Positions 40,812 to 51,919 of a stretch of DNA of 64,000 bases are shown here, one piece after another (within the stretch, counting starts at the first letter, position 1; every line of letters begins with the position of its first letter). The position numbers were made by a program, and so were the translations under genes. The stretch spans positions 1-64,000 of IMG/VR virus record IMGVR_UViG_3300033463_000005; one strand, written 5' to 3'. This DNA comes from a virus. Its lineage: Duplodnaviria > Caudoviricetes. The notes under the pieces were generated by a model. It saw only the letters and a list, made by a program, of their open reading frames with translations. It ran no database searches and was not told the origin of the DNA.

Positions 40812-41666
40812 TCATAGAACCGATGCGACGTTTCGAATAAATGTAACTGCTTCAGATTCTGTATGAATCTTCATATCAGCACATGCATATGATGCATTCA
40901 GATAAACACCCAGAACAATGAAGATATCGGATTTGATTGTGATATTGGTGAACAAGCGTTTGATCAGATCATCCAAATCAAACTTCGGAACGAATTCATC
41001 TTCCGTCGTCATATAGAATTTTGTGATCATCTGATAATCAGGTCCGAAGAAAAGTAGATCATCATACTTGTCCATTTTCTCCAGATCAATCTTGCTCCGC
41101 ATCAGATAGTTATTCAAATCTTCATAGGAAACTTCTCTTGCAACATATTCAATGACAGGAGTCATATTAGAGAAGATTTGAATCCGAATGCGTTCAATCT
41201 GATCAATATACTTGAATAGACAATAATAAATGAAAATGTCATCGATGACATCGTCCATTGTAACTTTATTGTCATTCAATGCGACAATAACCGGATGTGT
41301 TTCTCCGAGAGTATGACGCAGTTCTTCCGGCGTGACTCTGGATTTGATTCTACCGTATTCCGGAACGGTTTGATTTGTGACAAATAGCTTTGTCTTTTTC
41401 GGTTGACGTTCCGTGGATTCCGGTTCTTCTACTGGTTTATCATCATCGGTACATGGAATGAATGCATCCAATGGTAATGTCTCTAGTTCAATATCCCATG
41501 TGAATGCTTTGTAATACTTCGTATAATCATCACGTGTTAGAATTGTATGACGTCCATTCAATAATCGAATGTTTTGGAAAAATACATCACACGAAGAAAT
41601 CAACATCTTGTGTCGTTCCAGACGTTTCTCGAATTCTAATACAGATGCTTTTGGAATCATAATCAT
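40812..41666 (-). CDS. Hypothetical protein
   Basis: 284 aa; ATGA overlap with the upstream small ORF. Confidence 0.75.
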   Translation of the reverse strand: MIMIPKASVLEFEKRLERHKMLISSCDVFFQNIRLLNGRHTILTRDDYTKYYKAFTWDIELETLPLDAFIPCTDDDKPVEEPESTERQPKKTKLFVTNQTVPEYGRIKSRVTPEELRHTLGETHPVIVALNDNKVTMDDVIDDIFIYYCLFKYIDQIERIRIQIFSNMTPVIEYVAREVSYEDLNNYLMRSKIDLEKMDKYDDLLFFGPDYQMITKFYMTTEDEFVPKFDLDDLIKRLFTNITIKSDIFIVLGVYLNASYACADMKIHTESEAVTFIRNVASVL

Positions 41667-41854
41667 GATTGTGATCTTCCTTCCATTGTGTTTGATTGCT
41701 GCCTTGCATTATTTTTATTCTCGTAATATTCATTTCGAATTGGTTGATAATTCTCGACAACATACGAAATTCCATTACGTTGTATGAAAACATGAACGAA
41801 GTCGTTCAACCGAATTTGTTGAACGACTTCGAATGTCGTGATCGTGGCCACCAT
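41663..41854 (-). CDS. Small hypothetical protein
   Basis: GAAAGGA RBS; coupled to the downstream gene. Confidence 0.55.
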   Translation of the reverse strand: MVATITTFEVVQQIRLNDFVHVFIQRNGISYVVENYQPIRNEYYENKNNARQQSNTMEGRSQS

Positions 41855-41892
41855 ATGATTCAGATCCTTTCATAATGAATATTTTTGTTTGA

Positions 41893-42120
41893 TTATGAAA
41901 GTTCATCGACCAGATCATCAATTGCCGTATCATGAAATACCTGACGTGCATGATTAATCGAATCTGTATGCGATGAATTCATCGCCTGCATATTCTGTTT
42001 CGCTTGATGTTCTTTCTGTATCTTTCGAATCTCTCGGAGACGGTTTACGAATTTTCGTGGCATTCGTAAGAGTGTCTCTATTGGCAAACATCGATTGAAT
42101 AAGTCACCCAATTCAATCAA
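41893..42120 (-). CDS. Small protein coupled to the baseplate assembly gene
   Basis: TTGA overlap with 42117..43889; GGAG RBS. Confidence 0.6.
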   Translation of the reverse strand: MIELGDLFNRCLPIETLLRMPRKFVNRLREIRKIQKEHQAKQNMQAMNSSHTDSINHARQVFHDTAIDDLVDELS

Positions 42121-43889
42121 TTCGACTCCATCCCGATCAAGTTTATTTCGGTAGACGACAGCCTCCGAGCAAGTTGGAAAATCAAGTCTTCTCCAATGTC
42201 AGGAATAATGATACGGTCGTCATGGTGACCACAATTATCACATGTGAAGTTCTCGATATAGAACTGCATGGGTGATGCGGTCTTCTTTGCAATTGTCTGA
42301 ATCAGATTCAACAGGATTGCCTGATCCTTCATATCCAATGATGTTGTGATAATCTTCTCGATATCATCCCAATCATCAAACCGATATTCAACCTCTTCAC
42401 CCTTGTTATTCTTCTTGATGATAGAGATTGCGGTGATGAACAGAGCATGTGTCAACAGATAACCATGCTCCGGATTCTCCTCGGTATCATCGGTTCTGCC
42501 ATCCGGATAGAATCGTTTCTCCAAAGCATTCATCAGAGGATAACGACGATTCAAGAAATCGTATGCAGAAGGACGATCATCGATTTCAACAATGAATCCG
42601 GTGTTCGGAAGCTTGTACCGTTTCAATGTGGAATTAATTTTGTTATAATGGTCAATTGCGGGTTGACCATAGCCAACAGTATGTGTTGTTTCATACTGGT
42701 ATTCTTTCATCAATTCATCATCAACATGAATGATGGTGCGAGGACGATACTTCAAGCTATGGACCTTTTTACATTTCGGATTCGAGCAACGAATCGGAAC
42801 CGTCTCCTCATCATCTGCAGCACCAATCAGGATACCCCACATCAACAGCTCACGATCACCATACTTGGTTTTCTTCAAGAAATCTTCGAAATCTTTGAAC
42901 TCACCGATGGAAACGTTCTTGATATGATCGTAAATAATAGACCACTGTTTCTTATCCTGGTCAACAGAATTACCGGACATCGGTGTAGAACCAAGCTGAA
43001 TGAATTCATAATAGTTGACCGGTTTCAATGTGCAACGATATGCAGACAACGGAAGTGTCAGCGGCACATCACCGAGTTCTGCAACATACGGTTCAATGAT
43101 ACCAGCCTGCTGTGAATTATGAATCACCTTTGATGACATCAATTCTTGTTGTGTCACTTCTTTCACGATGATGTTGATCTGATTGGTTGTTGTCATTGCC
43201 TGTACAACATCCTGGTCCACATTCACCGTGACAGGAGAACCTTTCTCAACACTGATGTTGATCGTTGGCGGTTCTTGGCTTGGCATCTGATTGTCTGATG
43301 CAACCGTTTCTGTTGTTTCTACTGCATCCTGTGTTTCCTGCTTTGGTTCTTCCGGCTGTACTTCCGCAGGAACCCAGTTCCTGATGATCAGCTGTTCAAA
43401 TTCCGGTGTAATCGTCGTGCCAGAAACATGATAGATGGAAACCAATTCGCCCATGATGTGACGCTGCAACTCCGGATCGTCATCGGTTGAAACCGGGATG
43501 CCACCAACAGGAAGATTGTTCTTCTTCACAACTTCATCAATCATCTGACCAACAATATCAAGTGTCGTTGCTTGGAATGTAATAGCTTGATTTTGATATT
43601 CTTTGTCAATTGAAATCGGGGGCATAGCAACCTTCTTGGCTTCTTCTTGCTCTCGTTCAATACGAGACTGTGCTGCACGCAAAGCGCGTTCTTCAGCATC
43701 TGCTTCCTCTTCACGTGCAATTTCTGATGCAAGATCATTTACGCCATATTCATCATCAGCATCAGAAGTTTGATTTGCCATTTCTGATGTTGCTTCAACT
43801 GCATCAGAAATGGGTTCGGAACTTGGTTCTGTTTTTGACACACGAGACATCAGTTCCTCGAGCGGATCTATGAATTGTGTATTATCCAT
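42117..43889 (-). CDS. Baseplate hub assembly protein-like (T4 gp26-like) with acidic N-terminal extension
   Basis: LTLPLSAY, DRELLMWGI, CSNPKC, YKLPNTG and CDNCGH follow the gp26-like chaperone pattern; near tail genes. Confidence 0.55.
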   Translation of the reverse strand: MDNTQFIDPLEELMSRVSKTEPSSEPISDAVEATSEMANQTSDADDEYGVNDLASEIAREEEADAEERALRAAQSRIEREQEEAKKVAMPPISIDKEYQNQAITFQATTLDIVGQMIDEVVKKNNLPVGGIPVSTDDDPELQRHIMGELVSIYHVSGTTITPEFEQLIIRNWVPAEVQPEEPKQETQDAVETTETVASDNQMPSQEPPTINISVEKGSPVTVNVDQDVVQAMTTTNQINIIVKEVTQQELMSSKVIHNSQQAGIIEPYVAELGDVPLTLPLSAYRCTLKPVNYYEFIQLGSTPMSGNSVDQDKKQWSIIYDHIKNVSIGEFKDFEDFLKKTKYGDRELLMWGILIGAADDEETVPIRCSNPKCKKVHSLKYRPRTIIHVDDELMKEYQYETTHTVGYGQPAIDHYNKINSTLKRYKLPNTGFIVEIDDRPSAYDFLNRRYPLMNALEKRFYPDGRTDDTEENPEHGYLLTHALFITAISIIKKNNKGEEVEYRFDDWDDIEKIITTSLDMKDQAILLNLIQTIAKKTASPMQFYIENFTCDNCGHHDDRIIIPDIGEDLIFQLARRLSSTEINLIGMESN

Positions 43890-44041
43890 ATCGCTTCAAT
43901 TCTCCTTTATCATAATTTAATTTCAAACAGAAACATATATGATTATTATGAATCATCATATGAAATAAGTATGAAATTATAAGGACTGTTTAAGGAATGT
44001 CTGTATAAAAATAAATAACTTCATTTGAAAGGAATGAGTTC

Positions 44042-44770
44042 ATGATGACTGTTACATTTAACAGAGAAAACGAAACAGATATCTTTGGCAAATTATTATG
44101 GGAAAATCCGGAGTTTCCATATGTCTTTAGAAAGAACATTGTTGAATATGATATGCGGTCTGCATCATTGTCCGTATCACGTAGATTCAAACTGTTACCG
44201 GATCAACAGTTGGATCAATTCGAACGCATGCCAAAAGAGAAACGAACAAAAGAAGTTGGTTTGATTCAACGGGACAACAAAGAATTCTCGGAAAATATGA
44301 TCAATGGTATTCTGCAAACCAGAAAAGAATTTCTGACATTGAATCATTTGGATGAATCGAATATCATCACATTGCATTCCGATGCAATCATATTCATCCA
44401 ATCATCCGATGTGATTGACAAAATTGATTGTGTTCCATTTATCAAGAAACACACATGGTCATCTTATCTACGATATGACCGTGTCGAAATGTTTTATGAC
44501 AATGGAATCATCACATATAAAGGAATTCCAAAACAAATGTTACAGCAACATACACTTGGTATCTGTCAATATCTATTAAAAGTATTTGAGATGATTGAAG
44601 AATACGATGATTCCATTTTCCAATATCTAAATAAATTTCAAAAGATGTATTTGCAAGACAAATTTCCGGAATACTATTATATCCCATTTGGAAACACCGG
44701 AAAATACAAACGTGAAAATATGCGATTGTTTTCGTATATCGCAAAGATTGCACTACAGGAGGTGCGGTGA
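44042..44770 (+). CDS. Small family-B polymerase palm-like protein
   Basis: IVEYDMRSASLS (motif A-like), LHSDAI (motif C-like) and TYKGI. Confidence 0.55.
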   Translation: MMTVTFNRENETDIFGKLLWENPEFPYVFRKNIVEYDMRSASLSVSRRFKLLPDQQLDQFERMPKEKRTKEVGLIQRDNKEFSENMINGILQTRKEFLTLNHLDESNIITLHSDAIIFIQSSDVIDKIDCVPFIKKHTWSSYLRYDRVEMFYDNGIITYKGIPKQMLQQHTLGICQYLLKVFEMIEEYDDSIFQYLNKFQKMYLQDKFPEYYYIPFGNTGKYKRENMRLFSYIAKIALQEVR

Positions 44771-44773
44771 ATC

Positions 44774-45391
44774 ATGACTGCGAAGGGATATAAATTCACA
44801 TGGAAACCAATGATTCAAAATGCCAATACAACATTCCAAACCGTATGTGCATATGACAGAGAATCCATCACAATGTTTCTCACACAGCATGGATTTGATC
44901 CGAATACAGCACATATCGAAATCGTATATGACGAAGAGGAGATTGAAGATGGATGCCTGCTACACATCCATCATTTCGGATCAAGAAACAGAGACCGGCT
45001 GTATGATGTTATGACATGTGAAGAAATCATGACATATGTCATTACACGTGTCGGTGATGAATTAAATTCGACAATGGAATTGGGTGCATGTGCATTACGT
45101 GGCGAGATTGAATTATTCGGAAAAATATCAAAGTTATTGGAACAATTGGAATATACATTCATACAAGATCCATTTGCTGCTGATGCATCCGGATATGATT
45201 CCGTTGATCCGAAAGAATATGGGAATGGATATCCGTATTATGAATCGTTCGCAATCACAAAAGATGAATATGTCGATGCATTGTATGAGTTTCTACACAC
45301 GGAAAGTCATTATAGCAGACCAGTACAACCAATTACATTGGAATCATATGTGAATATATTCACATCAGGATTATTGTTAGGAGGACATTGA
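44774..45391 (+). CDS. Hypothetical protein
   Basis: 205 aa, in operon. Confidence 0.7.
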   Translation: MTAKGYKFTWKPMIQNANTTFQTVCAYDRESITMFLTQHGFDPNTAHIEIVYDEEEIEDGCLLHIHHFGSRNRDRLYDVMTCEEIMTYVITRVGDELNSTMELGACALRGEIELFGKISKLLEQLEYTFIQDPFAADASGYDSVDPKEYGNGYPYYESFAITKDEYVDALYEFLHTESHYSRPVQPITLESYVNIFTSGLLLGGH

Positions 45392-45392
45392 T

Positions 45393-45791
45393 ATGCCAAA
45401 GAAACCAGAACCAACATTGGTTGAATTAATTGAATCTCATAAACCAAAGAATTTCAAATATTACTTTCATATGAAAGATGATGCCTATCTGATCGAACTC
45501 GAGAATCAGAAGTATGATCTGACAAATCTTGATACAATTCAGAATTCCGAATTGATTCATGCTGCGATGGAAGCACCATTTCAGTATTATGATAGAAGCA
45601 TTGTTGCAAAAGCAAAGGAACCATCTGTCATGGAACACGGGGTGTTATTGACAAAGAAGATGGCAACGAAAACAGACAAGAAGTTATCACAAGTTGGTTT
45701 GGGTTATTTCACACTCAATCAGGTATCATATGTCACAATCAAATTATGTTATGACAAATTTGATATCTATGAGATTTTCATATTGACATAA
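45393..45791 (+). CDS. Hypothetical protein
   Basis: 132 aa, TAGGAGG RBS. Confidence 0.7.
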   Translation: MPKKPEPTLVELIESHKPKNFKYYFHMKDDAYLIELENQKYDLTNLDTIQNSELIHAAMEAPFQYYDRSIVAKAKEPSVMEHGVLLTKKMATKTDKKLSQVGLGYFTLNQVSYVTIKLCYDKFDIYEIFILT

Positions 45792-45832
45792 AGAGATATG
45801 TGGGGGCTTTCGCCCCCACATACCATCTTCGA

Positions 45833-46948
45833 TTACTCGTTATCTTTTTTCTTGATGACCGGACGATACGGGTCAGCAATAGAGGTATAACTACCTTGTG
45901 GGTCGTTATAGATACGAGAGTGATCAGCAGGTGTGATTGCAGCTTCCGGTTTCGCCGCACGAACAACATTACGCTGCTCGGCTTCGAATACAGGAATGTT
46001 ACCGACACCAGACTGAACAGCATCCAGATCAGGACGTCTACCCTTATTGAACATATCGGTGTTGATATCACCATATGTTGTCGGGTTCGCAGTCGTGAAG
46101 AATGCATCGCCAGCACCAGGATTGAAGTTGAGCTTGTTGCCAAAGATCGCAAACTGTTGAACATATCTTGCAGCAAGGTCATTGACATATGCAGACTCGA
46201 CGAACTGACAGTTGTATGTCAGTGTAAGTGTCTGCAGATTAGATTGACCCTGACCATTATGATTGAAGAGATCATATCCAACCTTTGCAGTCGGAATGCA
46301 ACCAAGTGCCATCAGAGCACCCTCAACACGTGCACCAGATCTATCGAGTGCAATGATGAGGAATTCTGCAACTTCCCATGCAGGGGATGGCTCCAGTGCC
46401 AGAGAAGATCCGCCACCGTTTGCCGGCATGAAGATACGCTGCGGAACTTCATTTGCATCAACAGAACCTGCAACAAGACCCTGATAATGTGTGAGACCAG
46501 TGATCTCATCAGCAATACCATCAATCCACATATTATGGAAGTTCGCTGCAGGACGACCCTGAAGTTCAGGAATCGTGATGCTCAATTGTTGGTTATTGTT
46601 CGCATTCTGAACAGTCGGAATGGCGATGCTTCTTGCAGCAAAACCACCCTGCAGGTTCGTGAATGCCAGTGAGTGATCACCAGGCTGAACCTGAATGCCA
46701 GTATTGTAGAATTCAACCAACTTCTTGTATGTCGCAAATTGAGTGTTGGTATATGCATCTCTTCCGTCACCGAAATAATGCATCAAGAAGAAAGGACCGC
46801 GATACATGACACAGATAACACGGTTTGTTGTCTCGGGGTTTAGACTCCGGAGTGTATGAACATCCGGAGTCAAACCGCCGAGCATACCTGTATACTGGGA
46901 GAGATCTCCATTGTATTCGCGAATACCAGTTTGAAGGCTAATCGGCAT
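45833..46948 (-). CDS. Tail tube protein
   Basis: Directly downstream of the sheath; ITIPELQG...WIDGIADEITG tube-fold pattern. Confidence 0.75.
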   Translation of the reverse strand: MPISLQTGIREYNGDLSQYTGMLGGLTPDVHTLRSLNPETTNRVICVMYRGPFFLMHYFGDGRDAYTNTQFATYKKLVEFYNTGIQVQPGDHSLAFTNLQGGFAARSIAIPTVQNANNNQQLSITIPELQGRPAANFHNMWIDGIADEITGLTHYQGLVAGSVDANEVPQRIFMPANGGGSSLALEPSPAWEVAEFLIIALDRSGARVEGALMALGCIPTAKVGYDLFNHNGQGQSNLQTLTLTYNCQFVESAYVNDLAARYVQQFAIFGNKLNFNPGAGDAFFTTANPTTYGDINTDMFNKGRRPDLDAVQSGVGNIPVFEAEQRNVVRAAKPEAAITPADHSRIYNDPQGSYTSIADPYRPVIKKKDNE

Positions 46949-46973
46949 AATCGTTTACTCTCCTTTCTGTAAA

Positions 46974-49900
46974 TTAGCTGGAACGTCTGTTGACATTCAC
47001 GATGACCGGGATCCGGAGAGTGATACCACGGAATGTGACGTTCACATAGCAGACAACAACCTCACCACCGTCGATTGGATCGATGTCGCGAGCAAACTCA
47101 ATTTGAAGTGATTCAACCAAGTTGCCAGCCCAGTTGGAGAACATGTTGTTGACTTCATCAGAGATTGTCTTCAGCACAGAATCATCCGTATACTCAAACA
47201 GCTTCTCTTCCAACTTGTTCTGGAGCATATAGCAGAGTTGAGAGAGTGTTCTCATATTGGATTCCTGGAGCAGGTCTGATGTCGAAGAAGATCTCATGAG
47301 CGTGCGCTGAGATTTACGAACGAGGTTGCCGTTCACATCCGGTACCCAAACGTTACCACCAGCATTATACAGAAGCTCTCTGTAATCCCAATCTGTGACG
47401 TCGAGATCCGGGAAGAAGGAGAGATATTCGGTTGGACGAATCATTGTATAGTTGCCAGTGAACGGTTTGTTGACCGTCGTGGACTTGCAGTGTCTTGCCA
47501 GATTGTCTGCAATTCTCTTGACGAATGTGTATGGGTTGCCATCTGCTGCAGAGACATAACCACCAATATCCCAAGAACCGTTCGGGTTATCGAAACGCTT
47601 CAGGAAGGAATTGTTGATTGCAGTTGCAGAGATGGAATCAGACATACCACCATCAAGATGCAGTGACAGGCCATAACCAGGACCGAGCGGACGCTTTGAT
47701 TCTGGCATGCCATAGTAGCAACGGTACACCATCAGATCATACATTGCAGCCTTAACGTCAATGTCAGCAGAATCCCAAGTGATGATATTCGGATGGAGCA
47801 TAACTTCATCTTTCTCATCTGCAGTGAAGATTGTGGAAGCATTGATCAATTCAGCCGGAGTGTACTGAATCGACGGAAGTACAGTCTGTCCAACGATTGT
47901 GTTCGTACCACCGTCAAACAGATATTTTGCCGCGCATCTGACAGGAGACATGATTCTCGGATCAAGTTGACCGCGATATGCACGAACAAGCAGTTGTGAA
48001 TATCTCCACTTGAACTCGATATCATTCAGAGCATCATCGAAGAAACCGGTGTAACCATCGTGGAGTTTCACACCACCATAGTTCGAAGTGACGTTGATGC
48101 CGTAGTTATTGGAGTAATAATCATTCGGAATCACGACAGCGGTTTCTTCTTGTACACGGAAGATGGAACCAATGGAACCAGTCACCATGTAACGAACGAT
48201 GTCCTTCGGAATGAAGTTGTCGCCAATGACCTGTGTGAAGTCATTCGCTGTGAATGCGAAGTTTGTCACCTTCACGATTTCGGTTGCTGAAGAATCATCG
48301 GTATAACCGGATGCACTCTTCACAACCATCCTGACGAATTTGTCGCTCTTCTGGAATGCATCTGCTGCAGCCAGATAGTAGTAATCACCAGCAACCTGAT
48401 CGAAGTATCTCGTGTGATTATCCTGGGTGAGTTCAGTGGTGTATGCAGCATCCGAATAGAACTTTCCATCTTCGGTCTTGTAATAACCAGCAACATCTTT
48501 CGTGACGAGACGATATGTGCCAGCAATATCATCAAGATCTTGCATGTTCGGTTCTGCAGCAGTACCATAATTGATGAACGGATGATTCTTCGCGTTATAT
48601 TGCTGCAGACGAACAGTACCTTCTGATGTTGCATAACCATCGAGCAGAGAAACGATCTTCTGACCGATGTAATATGTATCAGTAGTCCATTCCGGAGCAG
48701 TATCACCGACAACAGGCTTGTATTCAACATTATCGCCACTACCAGTTTTCACGAAGTAGTTCTTATAATGATCAGCCCAATCAGAAGGTGCAGCATTCAG
48801 TAATGTATACTGATAGGATTCAAACGCATACTTTCTGTCAGTACCGACAGTTGACATATAGGTGAGTTGTTCCTGGGAGAAACCACTACCAGATGTCACA
48901 GCGCTCTTTGGCTGATAGTACTGGAAGTCATCTTCACTGACCTGGAAGACATCAAACTCGGTACCAATCACATCTGCATCAACAGAGACATTAGAAGGAA
49001 CAGCACCATACTTCTTGGTTGCAGCAGTAACTTCAACCAGTTCATCCAGCTTCGATTCAATGTTAGAAGCATCGATCGGAGTCTCGGTATACGGAACGAC
49101 ATACACTTTCGATGCAGTATCATCAAGATCGATGTAGGTGCTTCCGATTGTGATGTCAGGAGCCTGTTGACCAGCAGGTGGAGTCAACTCAGTAGACAAT
49201 GTGACCAGATTCGAATGCTGAACAGCATCCCAATTGATCTTGCTGTAGATATCACCTGTCAGCTCGTCAACGCTGTCAAGTGCATTGACAACGAAGAGCT
49301 TCCATGATGTGTTATTGGTATCTTCTGTATCAACACCAACCACATGCTTTGCAATGATATCACCGAGGTGAACAGAACCGTTGTCAAGCTTTCTCTTCAA
49401 TGCTGCCGTGATGTCATCTGTGATTGCATTGACATCAAAGATTGCACTCAGCGTTGCCGGAGTGTTATTGTTGTTCAGGAGTGAATTGGTTCTGATTGTG
49501 GTAATTGCACCACTGAACTGATTCACACCAGTAACAACATACAAGAACGGATTCGTCATGGAGGATGTGCCAGAATAGAGATAAACATCACCAACATAAG
49601 TCGTTGAACCATCACCATTCACACCCTTTGTCATCGGAAGCAGCTTGTCATTCAACAGCTGCGGAGCATTCTTGTTTTCCTCTGTGGTGTAGATGCAATT
49701 GGATGCAGGAAGCATCTGAATATCAGCAGAACGCATATCAACCTGGAAGAACGGAAGCTTCACAGCTTCATCAGTTCCACCATAGATATACAGACCAAAG
49801 ATCGGATCAAACGTATTGATGTTCATGAATGTGAACACTTCGCGCTGATAATCTGTGATCAGACTGCCGTCAGACATATTGACGAGATTCTGGTAGTTTG

Positions 49901-50753
49901 CACGATACTCATTGTAGAGTTCGCGAACTGCAGCTTCATTCACAAAGTTGACAACAACGGAAGAACCATCGACACGACGTTTCATCGCAACATTAACGCA
50001 TTCAACTGCATCGTCACGATCACCGTTGTTTTCATTGATCAATGATGCGAAATACTGTTCAACGTATACGCTTCTGGTTGTGTCATATGTGGAGAACATA
50101 TAACGAACATTTGCAGGACGTTTACCCTGAACAGTCTGGTTGATCATCGTCGAATAGACATTATATGCAGAACCACGACCAGCAGAGATGTTGACCATGA
50201 ATGCACGACGCTTCCACGGAATCTGGTACGGATCATTTGCAGCAGGTGCGACTTCACCAGCAGCAGCTTTCACGATAGCAGCATTCAGACGTTCTTTATT
50301 GCTGTAATTTGCAAGAGAACGATTCTGCATCAATGTTGCGTTGTCGAGTGTGTTGTAACGGACATGCATTTTCTGCTCATCCGGAATCCAACGCCATTCA
50401 ACTGTCACACAAGAATACGCATAACATGCATCATCCGGTGTAACACGCATCAGCTTGACCGGTGCACCCTGTTCAATCAAAGATAATGGATATGTGATTG
50501 TTTGTCCATATTTTTGAATATCACTTGTGGCAAGATTGCCGAGACCGAATGCAACATTCAGAACATCTGAACGTGTGACATTGATCATCTTTCTGTCTTC
50601 ACCCAACGGCGTACCGACAACAACAATGGTTCCATACAGAGATGGATCGTCCGCCGTCAAGACACCGAGCTCACCCGTGTACGATGAGTTATCCACGATA
50701 TGGATTAACACATGCGGAAACGGATATTTCAGACCAAACTTTGTCTCAAGCAT
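46974..50753 (-). CDS. Tail sheath protein (large, with insertions)
   Basis: KYGQ..YP, MRVTPDDA, YLFDGG, SQRTL...LLQESNMRTL and C-terminal VNVTFRG are contractile sheath signatures. Confidence 0.88.
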   Translation of the reverse strand: MLETKFGLKYPFPHVLIHIVDNSSYTGELGVLTADDPSLYGTIVVVGTPLGEDRKMINVTRSDVLNVAFGLGNLATSDIQKYGQTITYPLSLIEQGAPVKLMRVTPDDACYAYSCVTVEWRWIPDEQKMHVRYNTLDNATLMQNRSLANYSNKERLNAAIVKAAAGEVAPAANDPYQIPWKRRAFMVNISAGRGSAYNVYSTMINQTVQGKRPANVRYMFSTYDTTRSVYVEQYFASLINENNGDRDDAVECVNVAMKRRVDGSSVVVNFVNEAAVRELYNEYRANYQNLVNMSDGSLITDYQREVFTFMNINTFDPIFGLYIYGGTDEAVKLPFFQVDMRSADIQMLPASNCIYTTEENKNAPQLLNDKLLPMTKGVNGDGSTTYVGDVYLYSGTSSMTNPFLYVVTGVNQFSGAITTIRTNSLLNNNNTPATLSAIFDVNAITDDITAALKRKLDNGSVHLGDIIAKHVVGVDTEDTNNTSWKLFVVNALDSVDELTGDIYSKINWDAVQHSNLVTLSTELTPPAGQQAPDITIGSTYIDLDDTASKVYVVPYTETPIDASNIESKLDELVEVTAATKKYGAVPSNVSVDADVIGTEFDVFQVSEDDFQYYQPKSAVTSGSGFSQEQLTYMSTVGTDRKYAFESYQYTLLNAAPSDWADHYKNYFVKTGSGDNVEYKPVVGDTAPEWTTDTYYIGQKIVSLLDGYATSEGTVRLQQYNAKNHPFINYGTAAEPNMQDLDDIAGTYRLVTKDVAGYYKTEDGKFYSDAAYTTELTQDNHTRYFDQVAGDYYYLAAADAFQKSDKFVRMVVKSASGYTDDSSATEIVKVTNFAFTANDFTQVIGDNFIPKDIVRYMVTGSIGSIFRVQEETAVVIPNDYYSNNYGINVTSNYGGVKLHDGYTGFFDDALNDIEFKWRYSQLLVRAYRGQLDPRIMSPVRCAAKYLFDGGTNTIVGQTVLPSIQYTPAELINASTIFTADEKDEVMLHPNIITWDSADIDVKAAMYDLMVYRCYYGMPESKRPLGPGYGLSLHLDGGMSDSISATAINNSFLKRFDNPNGSWDIGGYVSAADGNPYTFVKRIADNLARHCKSTTVNKPFTGNYTMIRPTEYLSFFPDLDVTDWDYRELLYNAGGNVWVPDVNGNLVRKSQRTLMRSSSTSDLLQESNMRTLSQLCYMLQNKLEEKLFEYTDDSVLKTISDEVNNMFSNWAGNLVESLQIEFARDIDPIDGGEVVVCYVNVTFRGITLRIPVIVNVNRRSS

Positions 50754-50919
50754 CAGGATATCTCTCCTTTACTATAGATTTTAAATTGGCTATATTATGA
50801 AGATCTGGCATGAAGAATCGCAATTCATGCAGATAAACCTCACAATTATCTTTTTGTGTGAAGGCGCATTTGGACACGTGATATAAATGAGATATGGGGG
50901 CAAACGCCCCCATATCGTA

Positions 50920-51888
50920 TTATAAATCTCTCTTAAATTTAACCTTGTACACCTGCATCAAATCATCTGTCGCAGATGAATTCTCACCATCCCGGACGAC
51001 ATCGACAATCTTTGTATCCGGTTTCGGATAATCGGGAAGTAGTTCTCCTGATGCAGAATATGTAATGAAATCATAATCAGAATCTGTATCACCAAGAAGA
51101 ACATATGTTGTTGGGTTATCTTTTTCATATTGCACAGTTGGATTAATAGACTGCGCTTCACCGATAATATCATCTAATACCACAGAAGCTTGATCTGGAT
51201 TTACCGTTGGGAAATTTGTAGATGCTGTAGCCGTGTCAACTTGTGTTTGTGATGGATTCATATCGAAGATTGTATCCATAATCGTCCTTCCCATTTCAAA
51301 TGGAGTCGAAGGTCTTCCGCCAGATACTTGATTCGGATTCGCTCCTTGTCCCGACTGTTGCTGTTGCTTAATTTTCAATTCAGCAATGTTTTTCTTAATT
51401 CCAATCTGTTCTTTATTGATTGCGGTAATTGCGGAACGAGCAGATGTCAATGCTTGCATTGCTGCAATGTCATCTTCATTCAATCCAAATTTTCCTTTGT
51501 CATTTAAGCTCTCCAGCAGTTTCCGTTCAAATACACGGATCACTTTAATTTGATCCGCAGCCAGTGTTCTCAATGCCGCAATGTCAGATGTAAATATCTT
51601 ATTTGGATCTAAACGTTCTTGTAGTGGTCCAAGTTCCAACTGGGATGATAGCTTCTGCATGATATCAGATGAAGCACCCCAGTGTCCACTTGCATATGGT
51701 GAAATATATCCATCGATATTTGGATTAAATTTCGGACGTTCGGAAAATTGTGCATATCGATCTAACCACACATGTGGATCATCTGCAGGACGATCCCATT
51801 CAGCTTGTGGTTGTGCTTGCATTGTTTCCGCCACTTGCTCGAATGATTGCATTTGATCTGCTTGACGGAATGAATCTAACATACTCAT
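50920..51888 (-). CDS. Hypothetical protein with coiled coil
   Basis: 322 aa, GAGGAG RBS. Confidence 0.75.
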   Translation of the reverse strand: MSMLDSFRQADQMQSFEQVAETMQAQPQAEWDRPADDPHVWLDRYAQFSERPKFNPNIDGYISPYASGHWGASSDIMQKLSSQLELGPLQERLDPNKIFTSDIAALRTLAADQIKVIRVFERKLLESLNDKGKFGLNEDDIAAMQALTSARSAITAINKEQIGIKKNIAELKIKQQQQSGQGANPNQVSGGRPSTPFEMGRTIMDTIFDMNPSQTQVDTATASTNFPTVNPDQASVVLDDIIGEAQSINPTVQYEKDNPTTYVLLGDTDSDYDFITYSASGELLPDYPKPDTKIVDVVRDGENSSATDDLMQVYKVKFKRDL

Positions 51889-51919
51889 GGAGATTCTCCT
51901 CTCAATATACTATTATAAA

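Noticed and set aside
41893-43889. Programmed frameshift joining 42117..43889 and 41893..42120
   Set aside because: No clear slippery heptamer at the junction; a TTGA overlap with an RBS explains it.
45800-46672. Long antisense ORFs (45800..46672, 11095..11829, 42447..43115, 35237..35833, 17851..18384)
   Set aside because: They are shadows of real genes on the opposite strand, with no RBS or protein-like features.
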